From Patescibacteria group bacterium (GTDB taxonomy: Bacteria; Patescibacteriota; Patescibacteriia; Magasanikbacterales; GWA2-37-8), in the NCBI GenBank assembly GCA_041651015.1, contig JBAZKA010000002.1, forward strand, positions 70,163 to 134,162: DNA of 64,000 nt. Reading direction: 5' to 3'. Shown here piece by piece: positions 53,583 to 62,508 of the stretch; the first letter of the stretch is position 1, and each line of letters starts with the position of its first letter. The position numbers and the translations under genes are program-made. A model generated the notes under the pieces. That model worked only from the letters and a program-made list of their open reading frames with translations. It was not told the DNA's origin and searched no databases.

Positions 53583-53868
53583 TGATATGGCAACAACTTG
53601 CATTAAAAAACCGCTTATCACCGAAAAGTCTGCTGTGGCGCAGAGTTTGAATAAATATTCTTTTGTTGTCAGCAACAGCGCCAATAAAGCTGATGTTAAA
53701 CGCGCGATTAAAGAAATGTATAATGTGGAACCGATCGCTATAAATATTGTTAATATGGAAGGTAAGGCCACCCGCCGAGGCGCAGTGACCGGTCGACGCG
53801 GAGATTACAAAAAGGCTGTGGTGACATTACCTAAGGGTAAGACCATTGCTATTCACGAAGGCGTTTAA
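53575..53868 (+). CDS. rplW: 50S ribosomal protein L23
   Basis: KPLITEKS......NKY.F.V...ANK..VK.AI...Y.V......N. The start may be the internal ATG at 53587. Confidence 0.9.
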   Translation: MTNDMATTCIKKPLITEKSAVAQSLNKYSFVVSNSANKADVKRAIKEMYNVEPIAINIVNMEGKATRRGAVTGRRGDYKKAVVTLPKGKTIAIHEGV

Positions 53869-53891
53869 GGTAAGATCATAGATTCAATAAT

Positions 53892-54728
53892 ATGCCAATT
53901 AAAGTTTACAAACCAACTACCAACGGCCGCCGCAACTCCAGCGTGGATACTTTTTCTGATCTCACCAAATGGGAGCCGGAAAAATCCCTAACCACTGTTT
54001 TGAAGCCGAAGTCCGGTCGCAACAACCAGGGCTTTATTACCGTGCGCCACAAATCCGGCGGAGCCAAAAAACTTTATCGCTTGGTGGATTTCAAACAGCA
54101 AAAATTCAATGTGGAAGCCGAGGTGCTCGCCATAGAATATGACCCGAGCCGCGGGCCGCGCGTTGCTTTGATTCAATATGATGGCGGCGAGAAATCATAC
54201 ATTCTCGCTCCGGCCAATTTGAATGTCGGCGACAAGGTGGTGGCTTCCGATAAAGTGATTGAAGCCAAAACCGGCAACAGAATGCCGTTGGAATATATGC
54301 CGGTTGGTTTATTTATTTTTAATATTGAACTTACTCCGGGCAAAGGCGGACAACTTGTTCGCGGCGCCGGACTTTCCGCGCAGTTGGTAGGTTTTGAAGG
54401 CGAATATGCGCAGATTAAATTGCCTTCCGGTGAAATTCGTTCGGTGCGCAAACAATGCGCGGCTTCCATTGGCGCTTTGAGCAATGCCGATAGACGTTTG
54501 ATTCGCTGGGGCAAGGCCGGACGCATGCGTCATCGCGGTATCAAGCCGACCGTCAAAGGTAAAAACATGAACCCGGTTGACCATCCGCACGGCGGCGGCG
54601 AGGGCCATTCTCCGATCGGCCAGAAACGCGGCCCGCAAACTGTTTATGGCAAAACCGCCATGGGCGTCCGCACCCGCAAGCCGAAAAAATGGAGTGATAA
54701 ATTTATTATAAAATCCCGACGTAAATAA
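53892..54728 (+). CDS. rplB: 50S ribosomal protein L2
   Basis: GRNN.G.ITVRH.GGG.K..YR..DF, and a C-terminal region GKAGR.R..G.KP.VRG..MNPVDHPHGGGEG. Confidence 0.95.
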   Translation: MPIKVYKPTTNGRRNSSVDTFSDLTKWEPEKSLTTVLKPKSGRNNQGFITVRHKSGGAKKLYRLVDFKQQKFNVEAEVLAIEYDPSRGPRVALIQYDGGEKSYILAPANLNVGDKVVASDKVIEAKTGNRMPLEYMPVGLFIFNIELTPGKGGQLVRGAGLSAQLVGFEGEYAQIKLPSGEIRSVRKQCAASIGALSNADRRLIRWGKAGRMRHRGIKPTVKGKNMNPVDHPHGGGEGHSPIGQKRGPQTVYGKTAMGVRTRKPKKWSDKFIIKSRRK

Positions 54729-54743
54729 TAATAACGATTTTGT

Positions 54744-55088
54744 ATGTCCAGAAGTTTAAAAAAAGGACCGTATGTAGATCCGCGAGTGCTCGGCAAAGTT
54801 GCCGCGCAAAAAGCGACCGGCAAAAAATCACCAATCAAGACGTGGTCGCGTGCTTGCGTTATTACTCCGGAAATGGTTTCAACGACTTTTCTTGTTCATA
54901 ATGGTAAAGATTTTTTGAGTGTTTTGGTTGATGAAAATATGGTTGGACATCGTTTGGGAGAATTTGCGCCGACTCGTAAATTTATTCGCCATGGTGGCAA
55001 AATGGCCAAGGAGCAAGAAGCCAAAGCCGCCGAGACTGCGTCCCCGGCCGCCAAACCGGCCGCCGCCAAACCGGCCGCTAAAAAATAA
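54744..55088 (+). CDS. rpsS: 30S ribosomal protein S19 with an Ala/Lys/Pro-rich C-terminal extension
   Basis: [12 protein letters not shown]......TWSR...[27 protein letters not shown], plus about 25 extra residues ([12 protein letters not shown]). Confidence 0.95.
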   Translation: MSRSLKKGPYVDPRVLGKVAAQKATGKKSPIKTWSRACVITPEMVSTTFLVHNGKDFLSVLVDENMVGHRLGEFAPTRKFIRHGGKMAKEQEAKAAETASPAAKPAAAKPAAKK

Positions 55089-55092
55089 ATAT

Positions 55093-55545
55093 ATGACAGA
55101 AGTTAAACAAGAGAATAAACAAGAAGGTAAACCGGAAATCAAAGCGACCTTGAATTTTTTGAAAATGGGTCCGCGTAAAGTCCGTCTGATTGCTGATTCC
55201 ATGCGCGGCCACAAAGTCAGTTTGGTGTTGGAACGTCTGACCATGAATTCCCAACACGCCGCTTTGCCCATGCTCAAACTTTTGAAATCAGCCGTGGCTA
55301 ATGCCAAACATAATTATAAATTTGATGTGGGTACTCTGCGTGTAAAAAGCATTACCGTTGACGGCGGTCCGGTGGTTAAACGCTGGATGCCGAAGGCGCA
55401 TGGCCGAGCCACTCCGCTCCGCCAGAGAACTTCGCACATCAATTTGGTATTGGTGCACGAAGAACCGCTCGCGAAAAAGGTCAAATCCGCCCGAGGCGGA
55501 TCCGCCTTCGGCGGAAAAGCGGTTAAGAAAACATCTAAAAAATAA
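55093..55545 (+). CDS. rplV: 50S ribosomal protein L22
   Basis: KMGPRKVRLIAD..RG..V..AL..L........A.....LL.SA.ANA. The track's 5' extension overlaps rpsS and is read-through. Confidence 0.9.
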   Translation: MTEVKQENKQEGKPEIKATLNFLKMGPRKVRLIADSMRGHKVSLVLERLTMNSQHAALPMLKLLKSAVANAKHNYKFDVGTLRVKSITVDGGPVVKRWMPKAHGRATPLRQRTSHINLVLVHEEPLAKKVKSARGGSAFGGKAVKKTSKK

Positions 55546-55550
55546 TCACT

Positions 55551-56243
55551 ATGGGTCATAAAGTTCATCCGACAATTCACCGTACTCCATATATATTTCC
55601 TTGGGACTCTCGCTGGTACGCGAAAAATGATCAATTGCCGACTTATCTCGAGCAAGAAGTTCGTATCCGCGCGTATTTGGCCAAGAAATTAAAAGAAGCG
55701 GGAATTGACGCTATTTCCATTGAACGCAGTCCGAAAGATATGACTATTACCATTCTGGCAGCCAAGCCGGGCGTGGTGATTGGACGTTCGGGCCAAGGAT
55801 TGGATGTTATCCGCAAAGAAATTGAAAAGAAATTTTTGCAATGCAAATTAAAAGTTAAGATGAACATTGTTCCGGTCAAACAGCCGGCTCTGTCCGCGGC
55901 CGTGGTCGCCCAAGGTTGCGCCGCCGAGATAGAAAAACGTATGCCTTTCCGCCGTGTAATGAAACAAGCGATTGAAAAAGTTATGGCCGCCGGCGCTCAA
56001 GGGGTGAAGATAAACATGGCCGGACGCTTGAACGGCGCGGAAATCGCCCGACGCGAGACTTTGTCTTCGGGCAAAATGTCGCTCATCACTTTCCGCAGCA
56101 ATGTGGATTACGCCCTGACCGAGGCGCAGACGATTTACGGTAAGATCGGCGTAAAAGTGTGGGTTTATCATGGTGAAGTTTTTGGCCGCCGAGACAAATT
56201 CGCCAAAACCGATAAAGATAAAAATCAGGAACAAGGTAAATAG
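55551..56243 (+). CDS. rpsC: 30S ribosomal protein S3
   Basis: MGHKVHP...R........W.A, a KH domain, and C-terminal GAEIARRE..S.G. Confidence 0.95.
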   Translation: MGHKVHPTIHRTPYIFPWDSRWYAKNDQLPTYLEQEVRIRAYLAKKLKEAGIDAISIERSPKDMTITILAAKPGVVIGRSGQGLDVIRKEIEKKFLQCKLKVKMNIVPVKQPALSAAVVAQGCAAEIEKRMPFRRVMKQAIEKVMAAGAQGVKINMAGRLNGAEIARRETLSSGKMSLITFRSNVDYALTEAQTIYGKIGVKVWVYHGEVFGRRDKFAKTDKDKNQEQGK

Positions 56244-56270
56244 TCATAAGCAAATTAATACCGATTCAGT

Positions 56271-56681
56271 ATGTTATTGCCAAAAAAAGTTTTACATCGC
56301 AAATGGCACAAAGGACGCAAGCGCGGACTTGGCGTGGCCACCAGAGCCAACTCTATCGCCTTTGGCGAGTTTGGTTTGAAAACAGAATCACATGGTTGGG
56401 TGACCAGCCGTCAGATTGAAGCGGCTCGCCGTGTACTGACCCGTTATGTGCGACGCGGCGGCAAAATTTGGATTCGCATTTTTCCGGACAAGCCGGTGAC
56501 CGCCAAAGGAAACGAACAGCCGATGGGCGGCGGCAAAGGCGCGCCGGACCATTATGTGGCTGTGGTCAAACCGGGCACCATGTTGTTTGAAATGGGTGGT
56601 GTGGCCAAAGATCAAGTTGAAGAAGCGATGAAACTCGCCGGCTATAAACTGGGTTTGCGCGTTAAATTTGTGGAAAAATAA
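56271..56681 (+). CDS. rplP: 50S ribosomal protein L16
   Basis: MLLPKK...RK.HKGR..G.A..........FGLK......[34 protein letters not shown]. Confidence 0.95.
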   Translation: MLLPKKVLHRKWHKGRKRGLGVATRANSIAFGEFGLKTESHGWVTSRQIEAARRVLTRYVRRGGKIWIRIFPDKPVTAKGNEQPMGGGKGAPDHYVAVVKPGTMLFEMGGVAKDQVEEAMKLAGYKLGLRVKFVEK

Positions 56682-56690
56682 TTTTTCAAT

Positions 56691-56894
56691 ATGGAACTTG
56701 CCGAATTAAAAGAAAAGAGCGTGGCCGAATTGAACGAGCTTTTGAAAGAGCAATCGGCTTCGCTTCGCGACCATCGTTTTAAAGTGGCTTCCGGTCAGAT
56801 GAAAACATTTAATAAAATTTCTGAAGCCAAAAAAATCGTGGCGAGAATTCAAACGATTTTAACGCAGCGTTCAATCGCGGCCGACACCAAATAA
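56691..56894 (+). CDS. rpmC: 50S ribosomal protein L29
   Basis: LKEKSVAELNELLKEQ...L...RFK.A.GQ......I...KK.VARI.T.L. Confidence 0.9.
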   Translation: MELAELKEKSVAELNELLKEQSASLRDHRFKVASGQMKTFNKISEAKKIVARIQTILTQRSIAADTK

Positions 56895-56907
56895 TAACTA
56901 AAGATTT

Positions 56908-57174
56908 ATGAAATCAGATACTAAAAAAATTGTTGTCGCGAAACGCGAACTGGTGGGCAAGGTGGTTTCCACGGCCATGGCCAAAACAATCGTGGTCAAT
57001 GTGGAACGCCGAAAAGCCCATCCGAAATACAAGAAATTTTATCGCGTGGACAAAAAATATCATGTACACGATGAAAAGAAAATCGCCCAGGTCGGAGATA
57101 CGGTGCGATTTATTGAATGCCGCCCGCTGTCCAAAACAAAGAGATGGCGCGTGGTGGAAATTGTGAAGAAATAA
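56908..57174 (+). CDS. rpsQ: 30S ribosomal protein S17
   Basis: G.VVS..M.KT..V.VER...HP.Y.K.......K.H.HDE......GD.V....CRPLSK.K.W.VV. Confidence 0.95.
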   Translation: MKSDTKKIVVAKRELVGKVVSTAMAKTIVVNVERRKAHPKYKKFYRVDKKYHVHDEKKIAQVGDTVRFIECRPLSKTKRWRVVEIVKK

Positions 57175-57184
57175 TGTCAATCCT

Positions 57185-57556
57185 ATGATTCAACATAGAA
57201 CAATGTTAGTATCGGCCGACAATACCGGCGCCAAAAAATTGCAATGCTTGCGCGTGCTTGGAGGTTATCGCAAACGCTATGCTCGCTTGGGCGATTTGGT
57301 TGTTTGTTCGGTAAAAATCGCAGCCCCGCGCGGACTGGTTAAAAAAGGTGAAGTCGTGACCGCGGTTATCGTCCGCCAACACAAAGAAGAACGCCGTAAA
57401 GATGGAACTTATATTCGTTTTGATGAGAATGCGGCCGTGATTATTGACAAAAAAAATAAGGAGCCGAAAGGTTCACGCATTTTTGGACCAATAGCGCGAG
57501 AATTACGCACCAAAGGTTTTCAAAAAATTATTTCTTTAGCTCCGGAAGTTTTGTAA
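57185..57556 (+). CDS. rplN: 50S ribosomal protein L14
   Basis: MIQ..T.L.VADN.GAK...C..VLGG.......GD......K.A.P.G.VKKG.VV.AV.VR. Confidence 0.95.
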   Translation: MIQHRTMLVSADNTGAKKLQCLRVLGGYRKRYARLGDLVVCSVKIAAPRGLVKKGEVVTAVIVRQHKEERRKDGTYIRFDENAAVIIDKKNKEPKGSRIFGPIARELRTKGFQKIISLAPEVL

Positions 57557-57562
57557 AATTAT

Positions 57563-57871
57563 ATGAAAATAAAAACAAACGACAACGTAAAAATTATTGC
57601 CGGAAAAGACAAAGGCAAAGAGGGCAAAGTGGTCCAGGTCTTCGCCAAGGAAGGCAAGATTGTGGTGGAAGGCGCGAATATCATGAAAAAACATCTGCGT
57701 CCGAAAAAGCAGGGTGAGAAAGGCCAAGTAATTGAATTAGCAGCTCCGTTTAACGCCTCCAATGCCATGCTTATCTGTGAAAAATGCGGTAAGCCGACCA
57801 GAGTCGGATATAAGGTTGGTGAAAAGTCCAAAAATCGTATTTGCAAAAAATGCAAAGAAGTAATCGCTTAA
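57563..57871 (+). CDS. rplX: 50S ribosomal protein L24 with a C-terminal CxxC...CxxC zinc-ribbon-like tail
   Basis: KOW motif (VKIIAGKDKGKEGKVV), followed by CEKCGKPTRV...ICKKCKEV. Confidence 0.9.
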   Translation: MKIKTNDNVKIIAGKDKGKEGKVVQVFAKEGKIVVEGANIMKKHLRPKKQGEKGQVIELAAPFNASNAMLICEKCGKPTRVGYKVGEKSKNRICKKCKEVIA

Positions 57872-57879
57872 ATTCCAAT

Positions 57880-58422
57880 ATGACTCCAAATTTGTATAAA
57901 ACTTATAAGAAAGAAGTGGTGCCGGCGCTCATGAAAGAGTGCGGGTTTAAGAATGTGATGCAGGTGCCGAAAATCAAAAAAATCGTGCTCAATGTCGGTG
58001 TCGGCAAATTTCTCAAAGAACCGAACTACATTGAAAACGTGGAAAAGAATTTGGCGAAAATCACCGGACAAAAGCCGGTCCGCACCAAATCCAAAAAAGC
58101 CATTTCCAATTTTAAAATTCGCGAGAACATGGATATCGGCGTGACCGTCACTTTGCGCGGTCCGAAGATGTATTTTTTCTTGGAGAAATTACTGGCCGTC
58201 ACCCTGCCGCGCACCCGCGACTTCCGCGGTATATCGGACAAAGCTTTTGACGCGCAAGGCAATTACAATTTTGGTTTTACCGAGAATGTTGCTTTTCCGG
58301 AAATTAAAGCCGGCGAAGCCGAGAAAAATCACGGTTTGCAAATCGTCATTTCCACGAGCGCGAAAAACAAAGCCGATGGCAGAGCATTGCTCGCGGCGCT
58401 CGGTTTTCCTTTCGTAAAATAA
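57880..58422 (+). CDS. rplE: 50S ribosomal protein L5
   Basis: LYK.YK.EV.P.LMKE.GFKNVMQVPKI.KIVLN.GVG, and C-terminal FDAQGNYNFG..E...FPEI. Confidence 0.95.
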   Translation: MTPNLYKTYKKEVVPALMKECGFKNVMQVPKIKKIVLNVGVGKFLKEPNYIENVEKNLAKITGQKPVRTKSKKAISNFKIRENMDIGVTVTLRGPKMYFFLEKLLAVTLPRTRDFRGISDKAFDAQGNYNFGFTENVAFPEIKAGEAEKNHGLQIVISTSAKNKADGRALLAALGFPFVK

Positions 58423-58431
58423 TTATAGATT

Positions 58432-58617
58432 ATGGCTACCCAATCGCAAATTGCTAAATCAAATCGCACACCGAAATTTTCCACCCGCATCGTGAGACGT
58501 TGTTGGAAGTGCGGACGCCAGCATGGTTTCTTCCGCAAATTCGGTTTGTGCAGAATTTGTTTCAGAGAGCTTGCCAACTCGGGCAAAATCCCGGGTGTGC
58601 GCAAGTCCAGCTGGTAA
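58432..58617 (+). CDS. rpsN: 30S ribosomal protein S14, zinc-binding type Z (61 aa)
   Basis: [34 protein letters not shown]. Confidence 0.95.
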   Translation: MATQSQIAKSNRTPKFSTRIVRRCWKCGRQHGFFRKFGLCRICFRELANSGKIPGVRKSSW

Positions 58618-58657
58618 CAATAATCCAAAATATCAAATATATAAGAATTAGAAATTT

Positions 58658-59047
58658 ATGATGACTGATCCCATCGCTGACATGTTAACCAGAATCCGCA
58701 ACGCCTCTAGGGTGCACAAAAAAGAGGTGATTGTGCCTTTTTCCAAAATCAAAAAAACGATTGCGGAAATTTTGGCGCAGAGCGGTTATTTGGAGCGCAT
58801 AGAAGTCACGGCTGACACAAAGCCGGCGCTTATAATCACTCTCAAATATCATGGCCGTACGCCGGCAATTAATTCGCTTGACCGCGTCTCCAAACCGGGT
58901 CATCGCCGATATGTAAAGAGCACCGAGCTCGGCAAAGTGCTGAACGGCATGGGCACGGCGATTTTGTCCACTCCGCGCGGAGTGATGACTGACGCTGACG
59001 CTAAAGCGAACAAAGTCGGCGGCGAATTGTTGTGCGAAGTATTTTAA
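58658..59047 (+). CDS. rpsH: 30S ribosomal protein S8
   Basis: DPIADMLTRIRNA.......V..P.SK.K..IA.IL...GY. Confidence 0.95.
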   Translation: MMTDPIADMLTRIRNASRVHKKEVIVPFSKIKKTIAEILAQSGYLERIEVTADTKPALIITLKYHGRTPAINSLDRVSKPGHRRYVKSTELGKVLNGMGTAILSTPRGVMTDADAKANKVGGELLCEVF

Positions 59048-59061
59048 TCCGCTATTAACAA

Positions 59062-59619
59062 ATGAATAATATGTCTCGTGTCGGAAAAAAAATTCGTGTG
59101 TTGCCAGCGGGTGTTACTGCCGCTGTGTCTGGCGATATGCTTAACGTCAAAGGGCCGAAAGGCGAATTAAGCCTGAAGCTTCATCCGCGCGTCACCGTGG
59201 TGATTAACGGCAATGAAGTATCAGTGACTGTCCCGCGTGAAAACGATGGTAAAGACCGCGCTTTGTGGGGAACATTTTCTTCGCTCATCGGCGGTATGCT
59301 TGAGGGCGTCACCAACGGCTTCAAAAAACAATTGGAAGTTAACGGGGTCGGTTTCAAAGTGGCGATGAAAGGAAATGATTTAGCCTTGGAACTCGGTTTT
59401 TCTCACCCGGTTGAGTTTAAAGCTCCGGCTGGAATTAAATTGTCCGTGGAAAAAAATGTAATCACCGTTGAAGGATTTGATAAACAATTGGTCGGCGAAA
59501 CGGCCGCACAAATTCGCAAATTAAAGAAGCCGGAACCGTACAAAGGCAAAGGCGTCAAATATTTGGAAGAAGTTTTGCGCCACAAAGCCGGCAAGACGGC
59601 TGCCAAGACTGCTGCATAA
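59062..59619 (+). CDS. rplF: 50S ribosomal protein L6
   Basis: SRVGKK.I..P.GV......V...GPKGEL, a two-domain L6. Confidence 0.95.
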   Translation: MNNMSRVGKKIRVLPAGVTAAVSGDMLNVKGPKGELSLKLHPRVTVVINGNEVSVTVPRENDGKDRALWGTFSSLIGGMLEGVTNGFKKQLEVNGVGFKVAMKGNDLALELGFSHPVEFKAPAGIKLSVEKNVITVEGFDKQLVGETAAQIRKLKKPEPYKGKGVKYLEEVLRHKAGKTAAKTAA

Positions 59620-59640
59620 TTACATTTTTAAGCAAATTAT

Positions 59641-60018
59641 ATGAAACGATTGGTTCACCAAACAAAAAATGAACGACGCATAGTGCGACACGCCCGCGTT
59701 CGTTCGCGCGTTTCCGGCACAGCGGAATGTCCGCGTTTGTCTGTGTTTCGCGGTTTGAAACAAATCAAATTGCAGTTGATTGATGACGCAGCCCGCAAAA
59801 CTCTTTGCGCCGCCACTTCTTCTGAGATTAAAACCAAAGAAAAAGTTGAAGGTAAAGCGGCGAAAGTGGCCGAGGCGTATTTGGCCGGTAAATTGCTCGC
59901 CAAAAAAGCCGGTGAAAAAGACATTAAACGGGCGGTGTTTGACCGTGCCGGTTATCGTTATCACGGTCGAGTCGCGGCCGCGGCCGATGGCGCGCGCGAG
60001 GGCGGTATAAAGATTTAA
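59641..60018 (+). CDS. rplR: 50S ribosomal protein L18
   Basis: RH.R.R......ECPRLSVFR.LK.I..QLIDD...KTL.A.S.....FDR.GY.YHGRV.A.AD.AREGG. Confidence 0.95.
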   Translation: MKRLVHQTKNERRIVRHARVRSRVSGTAECPRLSVFRGLKQIKLQLIDDAARKTLCAATSSEIKTKEKVEGKAAKVAEAYLAGKLLAKKAGEKDIKRAVFDRAGYRYHGRVAAAADGAREGGIKI

Positions 60019-60030
60019 TCGTAATTATAT

Positions 60031-60552
60031 ATGAAACCAACGCGAAGAAAAGACGATCGCGGCAGACGCGAAGAAAAAAGTGAATTTGACCAGTTTATTC
60101 TGGACTTGGCCCGCGTCACCCGCGTCACCAAGGGCGGTAAACATTTGAGTTTCCGCGCTTGTGTGATTATCGGTGATCGCGCCGGACGGGTCGGCTTTGG
60201 CGTGGCCAAAGGCAAAGATGTTCAATTGGCCGTGGAAAAATCCAATCGCCAAGCCAAGAAAAACATTATTACCGTTCCCATGGTCAAAGGCACAATTCCG
60301 CACGCGGTTTATTCCAAATTCAAAGCGGCGCAAATTTTATTGAAACCAGCTCCGGTCGGTTCGGGTATTATCGCCGGTGGCGCGGTTCGCGTGGTTTTGG
60401 AATTGGCCGGCGTATCCAATGTCTCGGCCAAAATTTTGAGCCGAACAAAAAATAAAATCGTGCTGGTCAAAGCAACCTTTGAAGCCTTGAAGGGTTTTAA
60501 ACATCTTCACGCTGATGCCAAAAAGGCGGCGCCGATTGAAGAAAAGAAATAA
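60031..60552 (+). CDS. rpsE: 30S ribosomal protein S5
   Basis: RV.KGGK..SFRA.V..GD..GRVGFG..K...V..A..K. Confidence 0.95.
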   Translation: MKPTRRKDDRGRREEKSEFDQFILDLARVTRVTKGGKHLSFRACVIIGDRAGRVGFGVAKGKDVQLAVEKSNRQAKKNIITVPMVKGTIPHAVYSKFKAAQILLKPAPVGSGIIAGGAVRVVLELAGVSNVSAKILSRTKNKIVLVKATFEALKGFKHLHADAKKAAPIEEKK

Positions 60553-60582
60553 ATTATTTTATTTCGCTCACTCATATTGTTT

Positions 60583-61023
60583 ATGAAAATTACAGTCCAT
60601 ACAATGAAGCCGGCTCATGGCGCCAAGCACAGTAAAAAGCGTGTTGGCCGAGGTAATGCCTCCGGTCATGGCGCTTATTCCACGCGCGGCGGCAAAGGCC
60701 AAACCGCTCGTTCCGGTGGCAGCCGCGGTTTGAAGACCAAGGCTTTCAAACGCTTGATGCAATCCACGCCCAAATTGCGCGGTTTCAAGAGTTTAAATAT
60801 TAAACCGAGCGAAGTTTATTTGTCCACTTTGGATAAAAAATTTGACAACGGCGCGGTGGTAAATTTGGCGTCCCTCAAAGAAAAAAAGATAATCAATGAT
60901 GACGCGAGAGCGGCCAAGATTATCGTTAACGGTGAATTAACCAAAAAACTGACGGTTGAAGGCGTGAAAATGACCAAGACAGCCAAAGAAATAATTGAAA
61001 AATTAGGCGGCGAAGTGAGGTAG
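60583..61023 (+). CDS. rplO: 50S ribosomal protein L15 (no L30 gene precedes it)
   Basis: MKITVHTMKPAHGAKHSKKRVGRGNASGHGAYSTRGGKGQTARSGG. S5 is followed directly by L15. Confidence 0.9.
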   Translation: MKITVHTMKPAHGAKHSKKRVGRGNASGHGAYSTRGGKGQTARSGGSRGLKTKAFKRLMQSTPKLRGFKSLNIKPSEVYLSTLDKKFDNGAVVNLASLKEKKIINDDARAAKIIVNGELTKKLTVEGVKMTKTAKEIIEKLGGEVR

Positions 61024-61134
61024 TTTATAAAGTTAAAAAGTTCATAAAGTTTATAAAGTTTTGTTTTGCGGTCTATCTTTATACGCTTTTAACTTTACAA
61101 CTTTATAACTTTACAAACTTTATAACTGAGTTTT
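61024..61134. repeat. inverted arrays of AAAGTT-unit repeats forming a long imperfect hairpin between rplO and secY (copy 2 of the dispersed repeat)
   Basis: Left arm ttataaagttaaaaagttcataaagtttataaagtt. Right arm aactttacaactttataactttacaaactttataa. The reverse complement of the right arm nearly equals 7864-7894. Confidence 0.55.
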
Positions 61135-62412
61135 ATGTGGGAAAAAATTTCAAAGGTTTGGGAGATTAAAGACGTACGCAAAAATATCTTAGTCGTACTC
61201 GGCCTTTTGTTTATTTATCGTCTCATCGCGCACATCCCGATGCCGGGTGTTGATGTTGCCAGTTTGAAGGAATTTATGTCCGGGCAACAGGCCTTTCAGC
61301 TTTTGAATATATTTTCCGGCGGTACAATATCAAATTTTTCGTTGATTTTGCTCGGGGTCGCGCCATATATTACTTCTTCCATTATCTTTCAGCTTTTGGC
61401 TATGATTGTGCCGAAGTTTGAAGAAATGCAAAAAGAAGGCGAGTCCGGCCAAGCCAAGATTAACAATTATACTCGTTGGCTGACTATTCCGCTGGCGCTT
61501 TTACAAGCGTTTAGCATGATTAAATATCTTTCTCAATCTTCCTCCGGTGTGTTTCCTTCAACGATGACCGGCTTGGATGTGGCGATTATGTGTATTAGTA
61601 TCACAGCCGGTACTATGTTTTTGGTTTGGATCGGCGACCGTATTACCGAGTGCAAGGTTGGTAATGGAATCTCATTAATCATATTTGCCGGTATCGTCTC
61701 CTCAATTCCGTCTTCCGTTGCTACAGCGGTGGCCAACTATACTTCAGCGGATTTTTATACTTTCCTCATGTATGGTGTGGTGGCTATCGCCACTGTGGTG
61801 GGCGTGGTGTTTATCAGCGAGGGGCAACGCCAAATTCCGGTTAATTACGCCAAACAAGTTCGCGGTTCCAAAGTGTTTGGCGGCGGTTCTTCCCACTTGC
61901 CGTTGCGTGTCAATATGGCCGGCGTGATCCCGATTATCTTCGCCATTTCTCTGGTGATGGTTCCGCCGATGTTGGCTCAATTTTTCCTCAGCTCAAAATC
62001 AGAATGGTTAAAAAATGCCGCCACGCACACCATCTCTCTATTTAACAACAGTATTTTTTACGGCGTGCTTTATTTCATTTTGGTGTTTGCCTTCACGTAT
62101 TTTTATACGTCGGTAATTTTCCACCCGAATAAAGTAGCTGAGAATTTGCAGAAAAATGGCGGTTTTGTGCCAGGCATCAGACCGGGCAAAGAAACCGAAA
62201 ATTATCTCACCGCCATTGTTGGCCGTATCAATTTGATCGGCGCGACCTTCCTTGGTCTTATCGCCATCTTGCCTTTACTCATCAAAGCCGTGAGCGGCTC
62301 ATCAGTTATTTCTCTCGGCGGCACGTCGCTCCTCATCGTTGTGGCCGTGGCCATTGAATCGGCCAAACAACTGGAAGCCCAGGTGACTATGCATGAATAC
62401 GATCGGGTATAA
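61135..62412 (+). CDS. secY: preprotein translocase subunit SecY
   Basis: 425 aa, ten TM segments, and a conserved SecY N-terminal pattern (RL......L..YR....IP.PG). Confidence 0.95.
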   Translation: MWEKISKVWEIKDVRKNILVVLGLLFIYRLIAHIPMPGVDVASLKEFMSGQQAFQLLNIFSGGTISNFSLILLGVAPYITSSIIFQLLAMIVPKFEEMQKEGESGQAKINNYTRWLTIPLALLQAFSMIKYLSQSSSGVFPSTMTGLDVAIMCISITAGTMFLVWIGDRITECKVGNGISLIIFAGIVSSIPSSVATAVANYTSADFYTFLMYGVVAIATVVGVVFISEGQRQIPVNYAKQVRGSKVFGGGSSHLPLRVNMAGVIPIIFAISLVMVPPMLAQFFLSSKSEWLKNAATHTISLFNNSIFYGVLYFILVFAFTYFYTSVIFHPNKVAENLQKNGGFVPGIRPGKETENYLTAIVGRINLIGATFLGLIAILPLLIKAVSGSSVISLGGTSLLIVVAVAIESAKQLEAQVTMHEYDRV

Positions 62413-62444
62413 ATTGGCTTAAGGGTAATTAGAAAATAGTAATT

Positions 62445-62475
62445 AAAAAATCCGCCCAAAGTAGGCGGGTTTTTG
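62445..62475. terminator. bidirectional terminator after secY
   Basis: tccgccc-aaagta-ggcggg flanked by an A6 run upstream and a T5 run downstream. Confidence 0.7.
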
Positions 62476-62508
62476 TATTTGTTGTATAATGCATGCCTTT
62501 TTTACTTT

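Noticed and set aside
54919-55092. 5' extension of rplV overlapping rpsS
   Set aside because: This is read-through in another frame of rpsS. L22 starts at the ATG at 55093 (MTEVKQ...).
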